This document shows, piece after piece, positions 7,947 through 18,869 of a stretch of 64,000 bases of DNA. Both the position numbers and the translations under genes were made by a program. Under the pieces are notes generated by a model. It was given only the letters and a program-made list of their open reading frames with translations, ran no database searches and was not told the DNA's origin. The DNA is from an uncultured virus (IMG/VR IMGVR_UViG_3300034062_004781) (Duplodnaviria; Heunggongvirae; Uroviricota; Caudoviricetes): IMG/VR virus record IMGVR_UViG_3300034062_004781. One strand, given 5' to 3'. The stretch's first letter is position 1. Each line of letters starts with the position of its first letter.

Positions 7947-9746
7947 TTAGATATTCTCGTTCGCAACCTTGAGCGCCTGCACGACATGCTCATCTGGCGC
8001 ATTCAGGATCGATTCCGTTGTCTTCTGGCCGTTCGCCTTCGCGCGCTCTACAGCCGCCATAAGCATCTGGGCGTTCATACCGCGATTGATGCGGCCACCT
8101 GTAGCGCGGCCTGTGCGCGTATAGAAGTAATCTTCGCCTTCATCTTTTTTAGGCTCTGCAGCCGTAACAGACGCTTCAAATTGCGGCTTCTGTGCCGTAA
8201 TCATAGCGCGACGAGCTGTTTGAGGGATTGAAGCTGCTTCCATCTTCATCGGAAGCGTTCGCAGAGCGCCGGCTCCTGTTTGAAGCGTCCCAGATACGCG
8301 AGGAAAGGCCAAACCAATTCCTGCCGCATACGGGATCATTGCCGGATTAAAAGTGGACAAGGCCGGAATCGCATAGAGGCTAGAGGCAAGAGCGCCTCTA
8401 ATTCCACCAAGACCCATTGGAGTTAGTTCCTGTCCGGCAATCATATAAGGAAGATTTGGATTCTCTTCCGCTAATCGACGAACAGTATCCTTGTCAGAGG
8501 CCTTAACAAGCTTCCTTAATCTTGTGGCAGTTGAAGCGCGATCCGTTCCTATATCCGAAATAATATTATTAATCTCGTTTGTCGCCTGCTCATACTTACC
8601 CATAATATCGGCATAGACAGGATCGTGATCAGAAATAGTGTTCCAAACCTCCTGACGAACTCGCGTCAGAGCGGCTTTTGCATCTGGGTTTCTGAAAGCG
8701 GAATCGTAATAAAGACTGTCAAGATCTTTCTTCATAAGATCAAGATCAGACATTGTTTTTTTGGTCGGAGAATATCGGTCAATAACGCCTTTAATCTTAT
8801 TAAGCGGCTCCTCCATGCGCATGGCGATCTGACCGCCTTGCGGCGTATGTTCGCCGATGATGTCAGAAAATGTTAGTCTGACGTTATTAAGATTAAGCGG
8901 TGTTTGGCTGGATTTCCATCCACGGCTTGTGCTCGTGTATTCTTGTGAGCGCTGATCTTTGATCGCCTGTAGCGCATCGCGCGTCTTATCAATGACCTCT
9001 TCAGGCTTTCCGCTGCCCCAAAGATGACGAAAAAATTCTTCATTTCCACCAGCACCAGCTTCTTCGGCGCGGCGAAAGGATTCAGCAGATTTTCCTGTAT
9101 GAAGAGCCAATACCTCTGGCAATACGCCTTTTGTGATCGGTTCAGCCGCCATAGCGCCAAGAGATGTAGCCGCAGACACGGGATCAATTAGCCGGCCAAG
9201 CTCGGCAACGCCATGACCACCTTCGGCAAGCGCCTCTCCGAATGCGCCAGTGCGACCAGCAAGCCTTGCAACCTTTGACGCGCCAAGACCAGCGCCGCGA
9301 GCAAGACCACCATAACCTGTGACAGCCGTCGAAACGTCCATCATCGTGCCGACAGGATCTTCGGCGAAAGCGCGCTTCGCAGCGTCTAAACTGCCGTAGC
9401 GCTGCTTATAATAATCGGCAATAGATCCGAGCGCCTGCTCGCCTTCTGGCGAACGATATCCAGCTCCAACATAAGGAGCCGCCTTTGACGCCAGACCAGC
9501 GCCAATCGTCTGCAAGCCAGCGACTGTCTCAGGAGCATGCGTGAACGGATATACAAGCTCCTTCGCAGCCTTCACCGCGCTCGGGCCGATATTCTTATAT
9601 GCTTGCCGCGCGACTTCCATACCTGTAAGCGGTTTGCTTACAGCCGGAGCCGGCGGCGGCTTAGGTGCATAGAACGGATCAGCGGCAGGTGGAGCTGCTA
9701 CAGTCGGCGTTGATGTATAGAACGGATCAAGTTCGTCGGCCATCAT
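7947..9746 (-). CDS. Putative internal virion/ejection protein
   Basis: 599 aa, Ala/Gly-rich and helical, downstream of the SLT ejection protein; C-terminal RATGG motif. Confidence 0.6.
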   Translation of the reverse strand: MMADELDPFYTSTPTVAAPPAADPFYAPKPPPAPAVSKPLTGMEVARQAYKNIGPSAVKAAKELVYPFTHAPETVAGLQTIGAGLASKAAPYVGAGYRSPEGEQALGSIADYYKQRYGSLDAAKRAFAEDPVGTMMDVSTAVTGYGGLARGAGLGASKVARLAGRTGAFGEALAEGGHGVAELGRLIDPVSAATSLGAMAAEPITKGVLPEVLALHTGKSAESFRRAEEAGAGGNEEFFRHLWGSGKPEEVIDKTRDALQAIKDQRSQEYTSTSRGWKSSQTPLNLNNVRLTFSDIIGEHTPQGGQIAMRMEEPLNKIKGVIDRYSPTKKTMSDLDLMKKDLDSLYYDSAFRNPDAKAALTRVRQEVWNTISDHDPVYADIMGKYEQATNEINNIISDIGTDRASTATRLRKLVKASDKDTVRRLAEENPNLPYMIAGQELTPMGLGGIRGALASSLYAIPALSTFNPAMIPYAAGIGLAFPRVSGTLQTGAGALRTLPMKMEAASIPQTARRAMITAQKPQFEASVTAAEPKKDEGEDYFYTRTGRATGGRINRGMNAQMLMAAVERAKANGQKTTESILNAPDEHVVQALKVANENI

Positions 9747-9747
9747 C

Positions 9748-12700
9748 TCACCTGAAGTAGCGGCTCATGTTGTCGAGACCGTAGTGATCTTTGAAGAACT
9801 TGTCGATGGCCTCAGTTGGCACATTCGGGTCATACATCTTATCCAAGATCTCAGCGGCCTTTCGGACGTTGGTCTTTGTTCCTTCAGGCGTCGGAATATT
9901 ACCAAGGATAAGATCGCGAATTGCGTTTCTTTCCTGATTATATTTCGCGGCATTGTTCGATGTATTAAACGCCGTGTCAGCATCCGAAAACCGGTTATTG
10001 CTCAACGATCCGTATTTGCGCATATGCGCCATACGGTCAGCCGCGCGCTGGTTGTTCATGATGTTGTCAGCCGCGTTTTCAGCCGCAGCCTTCGGCGTCT
10101 TGTTGAGATCGGGCATTGTCTGGATCGTCGACTGCAAAGCGCCGAGCGCGCGCTGACCAGATTCAGACGTCGCCAGACGAGCGCTAATGCCATTGAGCTT
10201 GTCGCTCAGATCCTGCTGCGTTCTGGCGCTTCCGAACACATCACCCGGAACGCCGCCAGCATTCGCAAGACGGTTGAGCGCGCCAACAATGCCAGATGTC
10301 GCAGTGAAGCCAATGCCGGGAGCGTTTAAGCCCTTCTGCGTCGCGGCTTCGGCGATGATCTTGGCTACGTCAGCATGCATCGGTCGCGTCGCAAACGCAG
10401 CGTCTGCACCCTGTGCTGTCTGCTGGACATACTGATCAGATTTCTGCTGCATGGCCGCAGCGCCCGGTCCCGTGAACTTGCCAAATTCGTTCTTCGCAAG
10501 CTTCTCCGCATCAGGATTCCAAACAACGCCGCGATTAATTTCGACAGGAGTTGTCGGCGGCATCGGAGGGGGCTGAGTAGCGCGCGGCGCAGGTGCGCCG
10601 GGAATGCCGCTTTCGGGAGCTGCGCCAGCCGCGCCAGCACGTCCTGCAAGAGCATTGGCCGCAGCCGCTGCAGGAGCGCCGCCAACAAGATTTCCGCCTT
10701 CCTGACGCCATTTCTCGAGATGCACCCACTGACCCTGATCGTTGAGAACGAACCAGTCGGGACCAACCTGTTTGAATGCGCCGCCGGCGATTTGAAGGAT
10801 CTTCTCGCCAGTCTCTGCGCCAAGAAGCCCAGTCGTCGCTTCTGTCTGGCCGACTTCTGCAGCCTTGCGGCGCGTCTCTTCGGCTTCTGTCGCGGCTTCC
10901 TGACGGCGCTTCAGAATATCAGCTTCTTTCTGCTGCATATCCATATAGCTGCCGGCACCAGCGCCGAGACCTTCCGCAATTGCGCCAAGCGCGTAGCGGT
11001 TCTTCGAACCAGCCATCGCGCCGAGACCCTGCAGGATCGGAACAATCAAGCGCTCAGGCTTCTCTTCAATGCGCTCCATAAATCCCTTGTCAGAAACCTG
11101 ACCGGATCCAATGCCGCGCTCACCCGGAACAACGCCAGCCGGCGCAGATTTGGCTTCAGGATAAAGAGCCATCATCGCGCGTTCGCGCGGACCCAACCCA
11201 GCAATTTTACTGCCGAGGGACTCCTGATCAAGACCAGCCTTGCGCATAACAGTCGGGACATATGCGCGCGTTTCCGCCGGCAGATAGCTCATGACGTCGC
11301 CGCCTTCGCGCTCGGCTCTCTGCAGAGCCTTTTGAACGCGACCGGGGCCAGCGTTATATGCGGCAGCAGCTAATTCTTCCGATCCAAACTTGCGGCGCTG
11401 TTCATTGAAGTATGCGTTGCCAAGCGCCTGATTGTATTCTTTGTCGTATTTCAGTCGATTTAAATCGAACGGCAAGCCCGCCAGCCGAGCCGCTTCCGGG
11501 CCAGTCGACGGCATCACTTGAGCAATTCCTGTAGCGCCAGCTGAAGACGTCAACGGACGACCATATTTGTCAAACTGCCTGTGCGCCGATTCAGCACCAA
11601 GAATGCCGCGTTCAAAAAAGTCGCCGCCGCCATCAGCGTAGCCAGCGCGACCGCCGTCAGCCATGCCAAGCGCGCTCAAGCCGCCAGAAACAGCCGCGCC
11701 AGATCCCGGCATAAAGTAATTAGCCGACAAGCTCGCGCCCGCCTTCAGAAGACCGCCAAGGCCGCCGCTTTCTTTCTTCTTCGGCGCTTCAGGCTGTAAG
11801 GGCTGCGACGCCTTAATCGGATTGTTCAGAAGGCTCGACATGGCGTCTTGATCGACTTCGCCGCCATCAGCCATGCCAAGAAAAGCCTTTCCAGCTCCCA
11901 TCAAAGGAGAGGAAGACATTCCAAGGTATCCTTTGCCCTTCTCAAGATCATAAGCGTCTTTAGCGGCAAGACCGCGCTTGGCTAGTTCTGTGCCTTTTGT
12001 CAGCAACGATCCAAGACCGCCTGTCTGCTCGCGCTGGGGCAGGTTCGCCCGCAACTGTTCTGCAGGGCGAATATCAGCCGTCGGAAACGGCACATCTTCC
12101 ACATTCGGGGTTATCGCGGCGCGATGCTGGGCGACAATGCCTTCGAGGCCGGTCATGCCGCCGTCGGCATATCCGGCAGCGCCGCCTTCCCAGTAATCTC
12201 TGCCCGGCTCAAGATCGATGACCGCGCCGCCCATGCGAGCCGCTCCCAGACCTTCGTCGTAACCCTTGATCGCGCCGCCATCGGCAGCGAAGCCGCCAAA
12301 GAACGGCATTTGCTGATAGCCCATAGACGTCGAGCCCATAAGCGGCCCAAGGCCGCCAGCAGCCTGAGCATAGAGCTGGGCCGTCTGGAGGGGATACATG
12401 CGCTCCTTCTGGAACTCGTTATACAGGGCCTGTTTCTGGGCCGTGGCAGTCTGCTGCTCAAGCGTTCCGGCCTGAAGCTGGGCCGAAGCCTGCTGGAGAG
12501 CCGCCTGCTGCGCCGCAGTGCCAAGACCCCCGATCTGTGCGCCGGCACCGAGAAGGCGCTGCAAATTAGCCGCATCGACCGCCTGCTGGCCCTGAGCCGT
12601 TTGAAGGGCCTGACCATAGCCTGTCTGATAGAGCGGGCTCAGAGCCTGCCCCAGACCAAGCTGCTGCTGGCCGCGCAGAACCGCGCGCTGAAGGCCTGAG

Positions 12701-13128
12701 CGCTCGCCGCCAAAAGCGCCGCCGCGAATGGCTTCTGTCTGCTGCTGGGATAGCTGCTGGCGCTGCTGCTGCTCAAGAGCCCCACGCACAGGATCGATGA
12801 CCTGTGACATGTAGGGATTCATATATTCCTGAATCTGCCCACTCGTCAGGCGGCCAACCGGGCCAGCGCCTGCCAGTGTAAGCCCCGTCGCACCCTGAAA
12901 GTAGGGGTCGGTCATGCCCTGCATACCAGAGACGTTTGAAATCGCCGCGCGCTGGGTGGGGGTTAGAGAGGCGACATAGGCCTCTGGATCTGAACTATAT
13001 TTTTGGAATGGCCGAGACGTCGCTTGCGAGATGCGATCCATCGCCGATGTGTAAGCCATAGCTGCCGGCAATGAAGGATAGGCAACCTGCTGTGATGTTT
13101 GCTGAACGCCTTTGCCGCCACCGCACAT
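9748..13128 (-). CDS. DNA ejection/transfer protein with lytic transglycosylase (SLT) domain
   Basis: AES...GATGIAQVMPSTG...AAAAYNAGPGRV; Gln-rich N-terminal region GAFGGERSG typical of podovirus DNA transfer proteins. Confidence 0.8.
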   Translation of the reverse strand: MCGGGKGVQQTSQQVAYPSLPAAMAYTSAMDRISQATSRPFQKYSSDPEAYVASLTPTQRAAISNVSGMQGMTDPYFQGATGLTLAGAGPVGRLTSGQIQEYMNPYMSQVIDPVRGALEQQQRQQLSQQQTEAIRGGAFGGERSGLQRAVLRGQQQLGLGQALSPLYQTGYGQALQTAQGQQAVDAANLQRLLGAGAQIGGLGTAAQQAALQQASAQLQAGTLEQQTATAQKQALYNEFQKERMYPLQTAQLYAQAAGGLGPLMGSTSMGYQQMPFFGGFAADGGAIKGYDEGLGAARMGGAVIDLEPGRDYWEGGAAGYADGGMTGLEGIVAQHRAAITPNVEDVPFPTADIRPAEQLRANLPQREQTGGLGSLLTKGTELAKRGLAAKDAYDLEKGKGYLGMSSSPLMGAGKAFLGMADGGEVDQDAMSSLLNNPIKASQPLQPEAPKKKESGGLGGLLKAGASLSANYFMPGSGAAVSGGLSALGMADGGRAGYADGGGDFFERGILGAESAHRQFDKYGRPLTSSAGATGIAQVMPSTGPEAARLAGLPFDLNRLKYDKEYNQALGNAYFNEQRRKFGSEELAAAAYNAGPGRVQKALQRAEREGGDVMSYLPAETRAYVPTVMRKAGLDQESLGSKIAGLGPRERAMMALYPEAKSAPAGVVPGERGIGSGQVSDKGFMERIEEKPERLIVPILQGLGAMAGSKNRYALGAIAEGLGAGAGSYMDMQQKEADILKRRQEAATEAEETRRKAAEVGQTEATTGLLGAETGEKILQIAGGAFKQVGPDWFVLNDQGQWVHLEKWRQEGGNLVGGAPAAAAANALAGRAGAAGAAPESGIPGAPAPRATQPPPMPPTTPVEINRGVVWNPDAEKLAKNEFGKFTGPGAAAMQQKSDQYVQQTAQGADAAFATRPMHADVAKIIAEAATQKGLNAPGIGFTATSGIVGALNRLANAGGVPGDVFGSARTQQDLSDKLNGISARLATSESGQRALGALQSTIQTMPDLNKTPKAAAENAADNIMNNQRAADRMAHMRKYGSLSNNRFSDADTAFNTSNNAAKYNQERNAIRDLILGNIPTPEGTKTNVRKAAEILDKMYDPNVPTEAIDKFFKDHYGLDNMSRYFR

Positions 13129-13641
13129 TTATTTCTCTCCGACTAAGCCTGTTTGGCTGTCCCTGTTCCAAGCGCCCGTGTGCGCTCCATACAAGAAAAA
13201 AGCGCCGGCAGGATCGCCAAAAACACGCTTATACATCTCCACCTTGCCCTTCGTTCTCTGATTGGACAAGATGCCTATCAAGAGCGGCAAACCCAGTTCG
13301 TCAGCCACTTTTTTGCTAAATTCACAAAGCTTGCGGGCTCTCCCACCTTTAGCGCTCCTGAATTTTGGACTGACAAATACGGTTTTTTCTTCAATGATAT
13401 CTGCCTGACTATACCATGTATTACCAATGCGGAGAAGCACGAAGCCCTCGAGCTCGTCGCCCGGATCGCCAATGACGCCAACAATGCCATGATCGCCATT
13501 TAAGGCAGACCAAATTTCCTGCGCCACCATATCGAGCGTCGGGGCAAACAGCCCGTTTTCTGTAGAAACCTGACCCGCCAGCTTCATCACAAACGGAAAA
13601 TCATCTGGCGTGGCAACTCTGACGTGTATCTCATTTGTCAT
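13129..13641 (-). CDS. GNAT-fold acyltransferase-like virion morphogenesis protein
   Basis: VRVATPDD...FVSPKFRSAKGG; syntenic position like T7 gp13. Confidence 0.7.
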   Translation of the reverse strand: MTNEIHVRVATPDDFPFVMKLAGQVSTENGLFAPTLDMVAQEIWSALNGDHGIVGVIGDPGDELEGFVLLRIGNTWYSQADIIEEKTVFVSPKFRSAKGGRARKLCEFSKKVADELGLPLLIGILSNQRTKGKVEMYKRVFGDPAGAFFLYGAHTGAWNRDSQTGLVGEK

Positions 13642-13652
13642 GCGATTCCCCT

Positions 13653-14165
13653 TCAATCGCGCTTCGGCCCCGGTAATTTGCTAAGGGTCTGGATCGTCTT
13701 TGCACGATACGCCTTCACAAAATCATCGAGATTTAAATGACCAGCATCAATATCGCCACCGCCAACGCGGTCTGCGACATTGCGCGGATCAATAATATAT
13801 TCGCCACCTGCGGCGACAATTTCGACGGGCTCATCCTCTGGAGAAGCGGCCTGAACGCCAAAGACGTTATTGGCTACCTTAAATCCCGCCATCGTGTTTC
13901 CTTCTCCCATGGCGGAGACGATGTCTGCTGGGAGGACGTATGCGCCCGAAGGAACATTAATTGGCAAATGGTCAGTGCGGCCAGCCACGTTACTATGAAT
14001 AGGACCCACATGAATTTTCTCATTAATCTCTCCGCCTTCAGCGCGAGAACGCCGTGCGTTCTCAAGCGCAGCTGCGACCGCTTGTTTTTGCTCATGACCA
14101 GCGCGCACCATTTCAGAGATGTTCTGAGAAATTGTCGCCTGAGAAGATCCTGATTTAAGCGGCAT
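13653..14165 (-). CDS. Virion protein with GG...GRTDHLP...GAYV/GEYI domain (related to tape-measure C-terminal GPGTGTSD...GEFV motif)
   Basis: RAEGG...[30 protein letters not shown]. Confidence 0.6.
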   Translation of the reverse strand: MPLKSGSSQATISQNISEMVRAGHEQKQAVAAALENARRSRAEGGEINEKIHVGPIHSNVAGRTDHLPINVPSGAYVLPADIVSAMGEGNTMAGFKVANNVFGVQAASPEDEPVEIVAAGGEYIIDPRNVADRVGGGDIDAGHLNLDDFVKAYRAKTIQTLSKLPGPKRD

Positions 14166-14173
14166 AGTTCACC

Positions 14174-14785
14174 TTACGACAAAGAGTAAGTGATGTTCAC
14201 AAATTGGCTCGCCGCCGGAATAACGACGAGTCCATATGTGAAATTCACATTAATCGGATAAGCGCCAAGAGTGCCGCTCAACGATGAAATCAGAAGATTT
14301 CTGTCGGTCGTATAATCGTATATTTTCACAACAATTCCAGCCACTGTTTGCGCAGCAGTCGTCGCATTCGCATATGAAAAAGTATTGTTTGTTGTATCTA
14401 CAGCTGTCACCGTCGCAGATGTAGTATTATATCCAGACGGGGTCATATTGTAGATCGCGACCCTGTCATTTACGACAAATGCATTGACGCCCGCATACCC
14501 TATTGTAGCAGTCGTTCCTGTGCCGGTAGCGCTAGTCGTCGCATACGAAACAGAATCATAAACAAGGCCTGTAGTCGAACCGCCTGTCGCCGTTGTCATG
14601 TAAGAAACAAATCTGCCAGAGCCGGAAGCGACAGTCCGCGCCGTTGTAGAGGTTATGGACCCAGAAGTATTTTCTCCAGACAAATAAACGTAGCTTGCGT
14701 AAAACGAGCTAAGCGCCTGAGACAGGTTATTAATGGCGACGACGCCATTTTTTTGCGTTGTGAGGATGTCGTCTAAGGTAGCCAT
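14174..14785 (-). CDS. Structural protein (Thr-rich, beta-sheet-like)
   Basis: 203-aa ORF in the tail operon. Confidence 0.65.
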   Translation of the reverse strand: MATLDDILTTQKNGVVAINNLSQALSSFYASYVYLSGENTSGSITSTTARTVASGSGRFVSYMTTATGGSTTGLVYDSVSYATTSATGTGTTATIGYAGVNAFVVNDRVAIYNMTPSGYNTTSATVTAVDTTNNTFSYANATTAAQTVAGIVVKIYDYTTDRNLLISSLSGTLGAYPINVNFTYGLVVIPAASQFVNITYSLS

Positions 14786-17616
14786 TAGAATTTACCATCC
14801 TGCTCAAAGCGATAACGCATAGCGCCAAGACGCCAGAACGTCCCAGTCTCATTCGGATCGCTTTGTATCCTAATCGACACAAGACGACCACGGAAACGTG
14901 GAGACACAAATTCTGTGTTTATTGAAATATTGTAGGGGCCATATGTTCTTGGAGTTTGGCCGGGATAATCTGTCACATAGAAAGACAGAAGAACGTGGGC
15001 ATTTTGGTTGCCACCATACAATCCCCACTTCATGTCAGGCCAAACCTGATCGACAAACAGCTTCCATTCACCGTCAGAGATAACAAAATAACCGGTCTGG
15101 AAATAGCTATTCATGGCAGAGCCATCAGCATCCTGACCCATCTCATGCTGGTAAATGTAATACGTTCCCTGATCATCTATGCCGGCACCAATCGGCGCTC
15201 CAAGCACAGATTGATTGATCCAAGCGGTGCGGGATAAAGTGCCAAAATCCCACTGACGCAGCGCAATGTTGTATTTAACGTAGGCGTTTACTTCACCGCC
15301 GTTACTCTTGGTCGGATAGAACCAAGTAACCTCGCCAAAGCGAGAATTGGGGGCGACGCGAATCTTATCCAAGTTATCAGTGTCGAGATCTTGGAAAATC
15401 ACATCCCAGATTGGGCATGTAATGATCTCCACGCCCGCAGATCCAAGAGCAAAGAACTGGCTCTGACTCATCCAATAGACGACGCCATTCATAGAAGCGG
15501 CGGCTTTGCGAGATATTAGACCGCAGCCCGTGCCGACCTCGTTGAACTGATAGACGTAAGGAGGGCCAACATACTGCATGGCCCAGACGGCCAAGTCTGT
15601 CCAAACAAGTCCTTGCTGCGGCCCTTGAATACATCCCACAACTCGAGAACCGCGCGGCAAGCGATAAGATCCAGCCTGATTGGTCGGCAGAGCGATCCAC
15701 GACGTATAATCATTAACGTCGCACCAACGGATCAGAAGAGGGTCTTGAATGCCTGTGAATGTAGAGCCCCATGCAATAATCTGCCTCTGAGGCATTGCGA
15801 CAAACATGCCGTCATTTACAGGCGGCGCTTCAGGAATGATCGCCGAAAGAGAAGATCCAGTATCTGGGCTCCAAATAAATATTCCGTCCCCAACAGGGCA
15901 TGCTAGAAATGACGAGCCCCAATTGTCTAGCGTCCAGTCAGTTGTGGCGAGAGGAGCGCCAGTAGCTGTTAAGTTTGTGACATTTCCGGCAACCGTCATG
16001 GACCCGGTCGTTGTGCCGGCATATGTGAATTGATTTGTCGCGGGTATCGATGTGACAGTATATAAACCATTATATCCAGCAGGCGTCACGCCGGATATGA
16101 GAACTTCATCATCAATGCTAAACAGATTTGTTCCGTTGTAGGTGATTGTTACAACACTACCAGTTCCAGATGTAGCAGTTGTTGCTGCCGCAGGATTTGG
16201 CGGAGCAACGCCATTGCCGAATCCACCAACTCCATATCCACCGACACCAAACCCTGTCCCTGTAGGAAGAGGAGCTGGCGCGCGATAAATAAAAATATCA
16301 GCAAAACCAGCATTGGATAAGGCATACGTTACAAATAACGTACAGGATGTAAGGCCTGACGTAATTGTCCCAGTTGCCGAACTTAAATACTTTATCTCTA
16401 AATATGTCGATGTTGTCGTAACTTCGACAACGCGACCATTCGTTACGTTGTAACCTGCAGTTGGGCAATTTTCGATTGTTATCGAATCGCCGCGAGTTGC
16501 TCCATACCCTAGAGGAACCCTTACAGTTGCAACTGTGCCTGTGCCGTCAAAATAAATCGGTGTTACTTTTGTCGCGGTGTTATCCGCGCCAATGCTGAAC
16601 TGAGTTGTAGCATTAGCTCCGTTTTCATCGCCAACGCCAAGGACAGTGTAATTTCCGTATAAAAGAACGGAACCCGCATTTACCGGATCAATTACAGGGA
16701 ATACGTCACCAGCGGCATAATTATGGTTTGGGAAATATACATAAACAATTGACTGCACATTACTAAACCGAAATACGGGCATCTCGCCAAGCCCGGGATT
16801 TACAGACGCTGAAGTTGTTACAGCAGGCTGAGGATCGCCAAGAGCGTCTCTAGCCGTGATTTGAAAGTTATTAACGCTAACATATTTTGTTGGATATAAT
16901 CCAAATAAAACAATGCCGCCAACACTAATTGGCGTCTTAATATAGATTGAACTGTAGCTGTTGAGATTAGAATTTGGGATATAGACATCAACAATCGGCG
17001 AGCCAGCTCTTGTGGCAAATCCATTTCCATATGCGACGCTACCGCCCGTAGCAGAAGCCGCCGCCAAAGTAGATATTGTAAATCTAAATTGAGTGGCCGA
17101 TACGACTTCCGTAATAACCTGATAACCATTGTAATAGGAATCAGACATTCCTGTAATATAAACATAATCACCGGGCTCATATGTATGATAGCCGGTGATT
17201 GTTATTGTCGCAGTTCCAGAAGAAGCTGCGCCAGTGCATGCAAAGTAATAAGGCGTATAAATACTAGCAGACATTGTGTTGATGCCGATATCAAGCTCTG
17301 TAATATTCGGCGTCAGGACTGTTCTTTGACCATTTGTAATGACAGAAAGACCAGCGCCGTTTGCCTGATCTCCCTCCGCCCCAACGCCTAGATATGTCTG
17401 CGCATTTGTATCTTCCCATGCCCACAATGCGCGAACAACAGTAGGCAGAGCGGAATTAAAATATTTAACCCATCCACCTAGTTTCTGAACAAGAGCGATA
17501 TTCTGCTTATCTGGTATAAAACGAATAAGGTTTGACTCAGATATAGCAGCCTCGTTTAGGGCTGGCGTCCTATTCTGATCAACGCCGGCAATAAGTTTGA
17601 GCGTATTATGCGGCAT
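14785..17616 (-). CDS. Tail nozzle / DNA-stabilisation protein (P22 gp10-like) with inserted beta domains
   Basis: WTLDNWG...LLIRWCD...NQAGSYRL...CGLIS...RFRGRLVSIRI...WRLG. Confidence 0.7.
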   Translation of the reverse strand: MPHNTLKLIAGVDQNRTPALNEAAISESNLIRFIPDKQNIALVQKLGGWVKYFNSALPTVVRALWAWEDTNAQTYLGVGAEGDQANGAGLSVITNGQRTVLTPNITELDIGINTMSASIYTPYYFACTGAASSGTATITITGYHTYEPGDYVYITGMSDSYYNGYQVITEVVSATQFRFTISTLAAASATGGSVAYGNGFATRAGSPIVDVYIPNSNLNSYSSIYIKTPISVGGIVLFGLYPTKYVSVNNFQITARDALGDPQPAVTTSASVNPGLGEMPVFRFSNVQSIVYVYFPNHNYAAGDVFPVIDPVNAGSVLLYGNYTVLGVGDENGANATTQFSIGADNTATKVTPIYFDGTGTVATVRVPLGYGATRGDSITIENCPTAGYNVTNGRVVEVTTTSTYLEIKYLSSATGTITSGLTSCTLFVTYALSNAGFADIFIYRAPAPLPTGTGFGVGGYGVGGFGNGVAPPNPAAATTATSGTGSVVTITYNGTNLFSIDDEVLISGVTPAGYNGLYTVTSIPATNQFTYAGTTTGSMTVAGNVTNLTATGAPLATTDWTLDNWGSSFLACPVGDGIFIWSPDTGSSLSAIIPEAPPVNDGMFVAMPQRQIIAWGSTFTGIQDPLLIRWCDVNDYTSWIALPTNQAGSYRLPRGSRVVGCIQGPQQGLVWTDLAVWAMQYVGPPYVYQFNEVGTGCGLISRKAAASMNGVVYWMSQSQFFALGSAGVEIITCPIWDVIFQDLDTDNLDKIRVAPNSRFGEVTWFYPTKSNGGEVNAYVKYNIALRQWDFGTLSRTAWINQSVLGAPIGAGIDDQGTYYIYQHEMGQDADGSAMNSYFQTGYFVISDGEWKLFVDQVWPDMKWGLYGGNQNAHVLLSFYVTDYPGQTPRTYGPYNISINTEFVSPRFRGRLVSIRIQSDPNETGTFWRLGAMRYRFEQDGKF

Positions 17617-17621
17617 TTATA

Positions 17622-18431
17622 TCACCGTGTCGGCGTAGCTGTGGAAGACGTTCCCTGAGAAGACCAAGCAGCGGCTTCGAACTTCTTACGATTCTCTTCA
17701 GACATCGCGCTCTTGAGAAGCGCCTGATACTGCGTCTCATATGTGATCGGCATCTGCGGGTCATTACCCATCGAACTTGAGAAATTACGCTGATAGGCGG
17801 CAATGTAAATCATGCTCGCCATAATCATCATTTCCGGCAAATACAGGCTGATGAATGTCGTTGTCGTTGTATTCGCAAAGTTCGGATAAGCAGCGCCCGT
17901 GTAGCTCAGATAGTTTGATAAGAAAGTTGTATCCGAAGCTCCGGGGCCAAGACTTTGCGGACGATAAGTTCCGACAATCTCAACTGTATAATTCTGATCT
18001 GGGAATGGACCAACATAGAATAAATAATCATCAAATGGGCAAAAATATTTAGGCATAGCTGTATATGTATAATCACCATATGCAGCATCGAGGAACTCTT
18101 TTGTTGTCGGCAAAAGAGGATATCTTGTAGCAGCGTTGGGGTCCGTCACGCCGAGAGGCAAGAGAACATTGATTTGCTCTGGGACCACAAAAGTTCCAGC
18201 CGGAACAGAAATTTGCCTATTACCCGTTGTTAGCGAGTAAGATGTTGTTGAAATAGATGTGAACAGAAAATCGAGATCACGATAGATGCGGTTTTCCGCA
18301 TACGAAATCATCGCCGGCAATATGTTCAGAAAGTTAGGGTCAGTCGTATCGACGACAGCCATCGTCGCGATCTGCGTCAGATAGTTTGTGCCGGTATTAG
18401 GCGTGCCGTTGAAACTAAGGCCTGTGGTCAT
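17622..18431 (-). CDS. Head-tail adaptor / tail protein
   Basis: ISYAENRIYRDL...GPFPDQNYTVEI...YETQYQ. Confidence 0.65.
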   Translation of the reverse strand: MTTGLSFNGTPNTGTNYLTQIATMAVVDTTDPNFLNILPAMISYAENRIYRDLDFLFTSISTTSYSLTTGNRQISVPAGTFVVPEQINVLLPLGVTDPNAATRYPLLPTTKEFLDAAYGDYTYTAMPKYFCPFDDYLFYVGPFPDQNYTVEIVGTYRPQSLGPGASDTTFLSNYLSYTGAAYPNFANTTTTTFISLYLPEMMIMASMIYIAAYQRNFSSSMGNDPQMPITYETQYQALLKSAMSEENRKKFEAAAWSSQGTSSTATPTR

Positions 18432-18481
18432 CGAAAACCCCGTATTTCAGCGGCATATTATCACAAACAGGCAGGACTTTA

Positions 18482-18694
18482 CTACCGCCCCAGCCGGCAA
18501 GCCGCACGCAGCTTGCCGTAATCCGTTATCATCTTGGCGACCTGAGCCTCAGAATGCATTTTTCTGAGCTCATTTGCCGCCTGCTTCTGCTGGGCCGCGC
18601 TGTAATTGATGAGAGGAGGACAGCCGCCGCCGCTCGTCGACTGACATGCGGCGAGACTAGAAGCGATTATTGTCGAGATCAGCAATCGTCTCAT
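18482..18694 (-). CDS. o-spanin (Rz1-like) lipoprotein
   Basis: SLAAC lipobox, CPPL, overlaps the upstream i-spanin gene. Confidence 0.75.
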   Translation of the reverse strand: MRRLLISTIIASSLAACQSTSGGGCPPLINYSAAQQKQAANELRKMHSEAQVAKMITDYGKLRAACRLGR

Positions 18695-18869
18695 CTGTCG
18701 TCTTTGGCTGGGCGATTATTTCCGCCTGATCCTTGGTGATAGAGGCGGCGGATTCCGCCTCTTTCGCCTTTTGCTCAGCCATGCCGCCTTCCTTGATCAT
18801 CTTGAGCGCTAAAGCGCCCAAAGAATACAGGACTGCGCCAATAATGCCGGCGATAACATAGGATATCAC
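18657..18869 (-). CDS. i-spanin (Rz-like)
   Basis: N-terminal TM helix plus short coiled coil within the lysis cassette. Confidence 0.65.
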   Translation of the reverse strand: MISYVIAGIIGAVLYSLGALALKMIKEGGMAEQKAKEAESAASITKDQAEIIAQPKTTDETIADLDNNRF

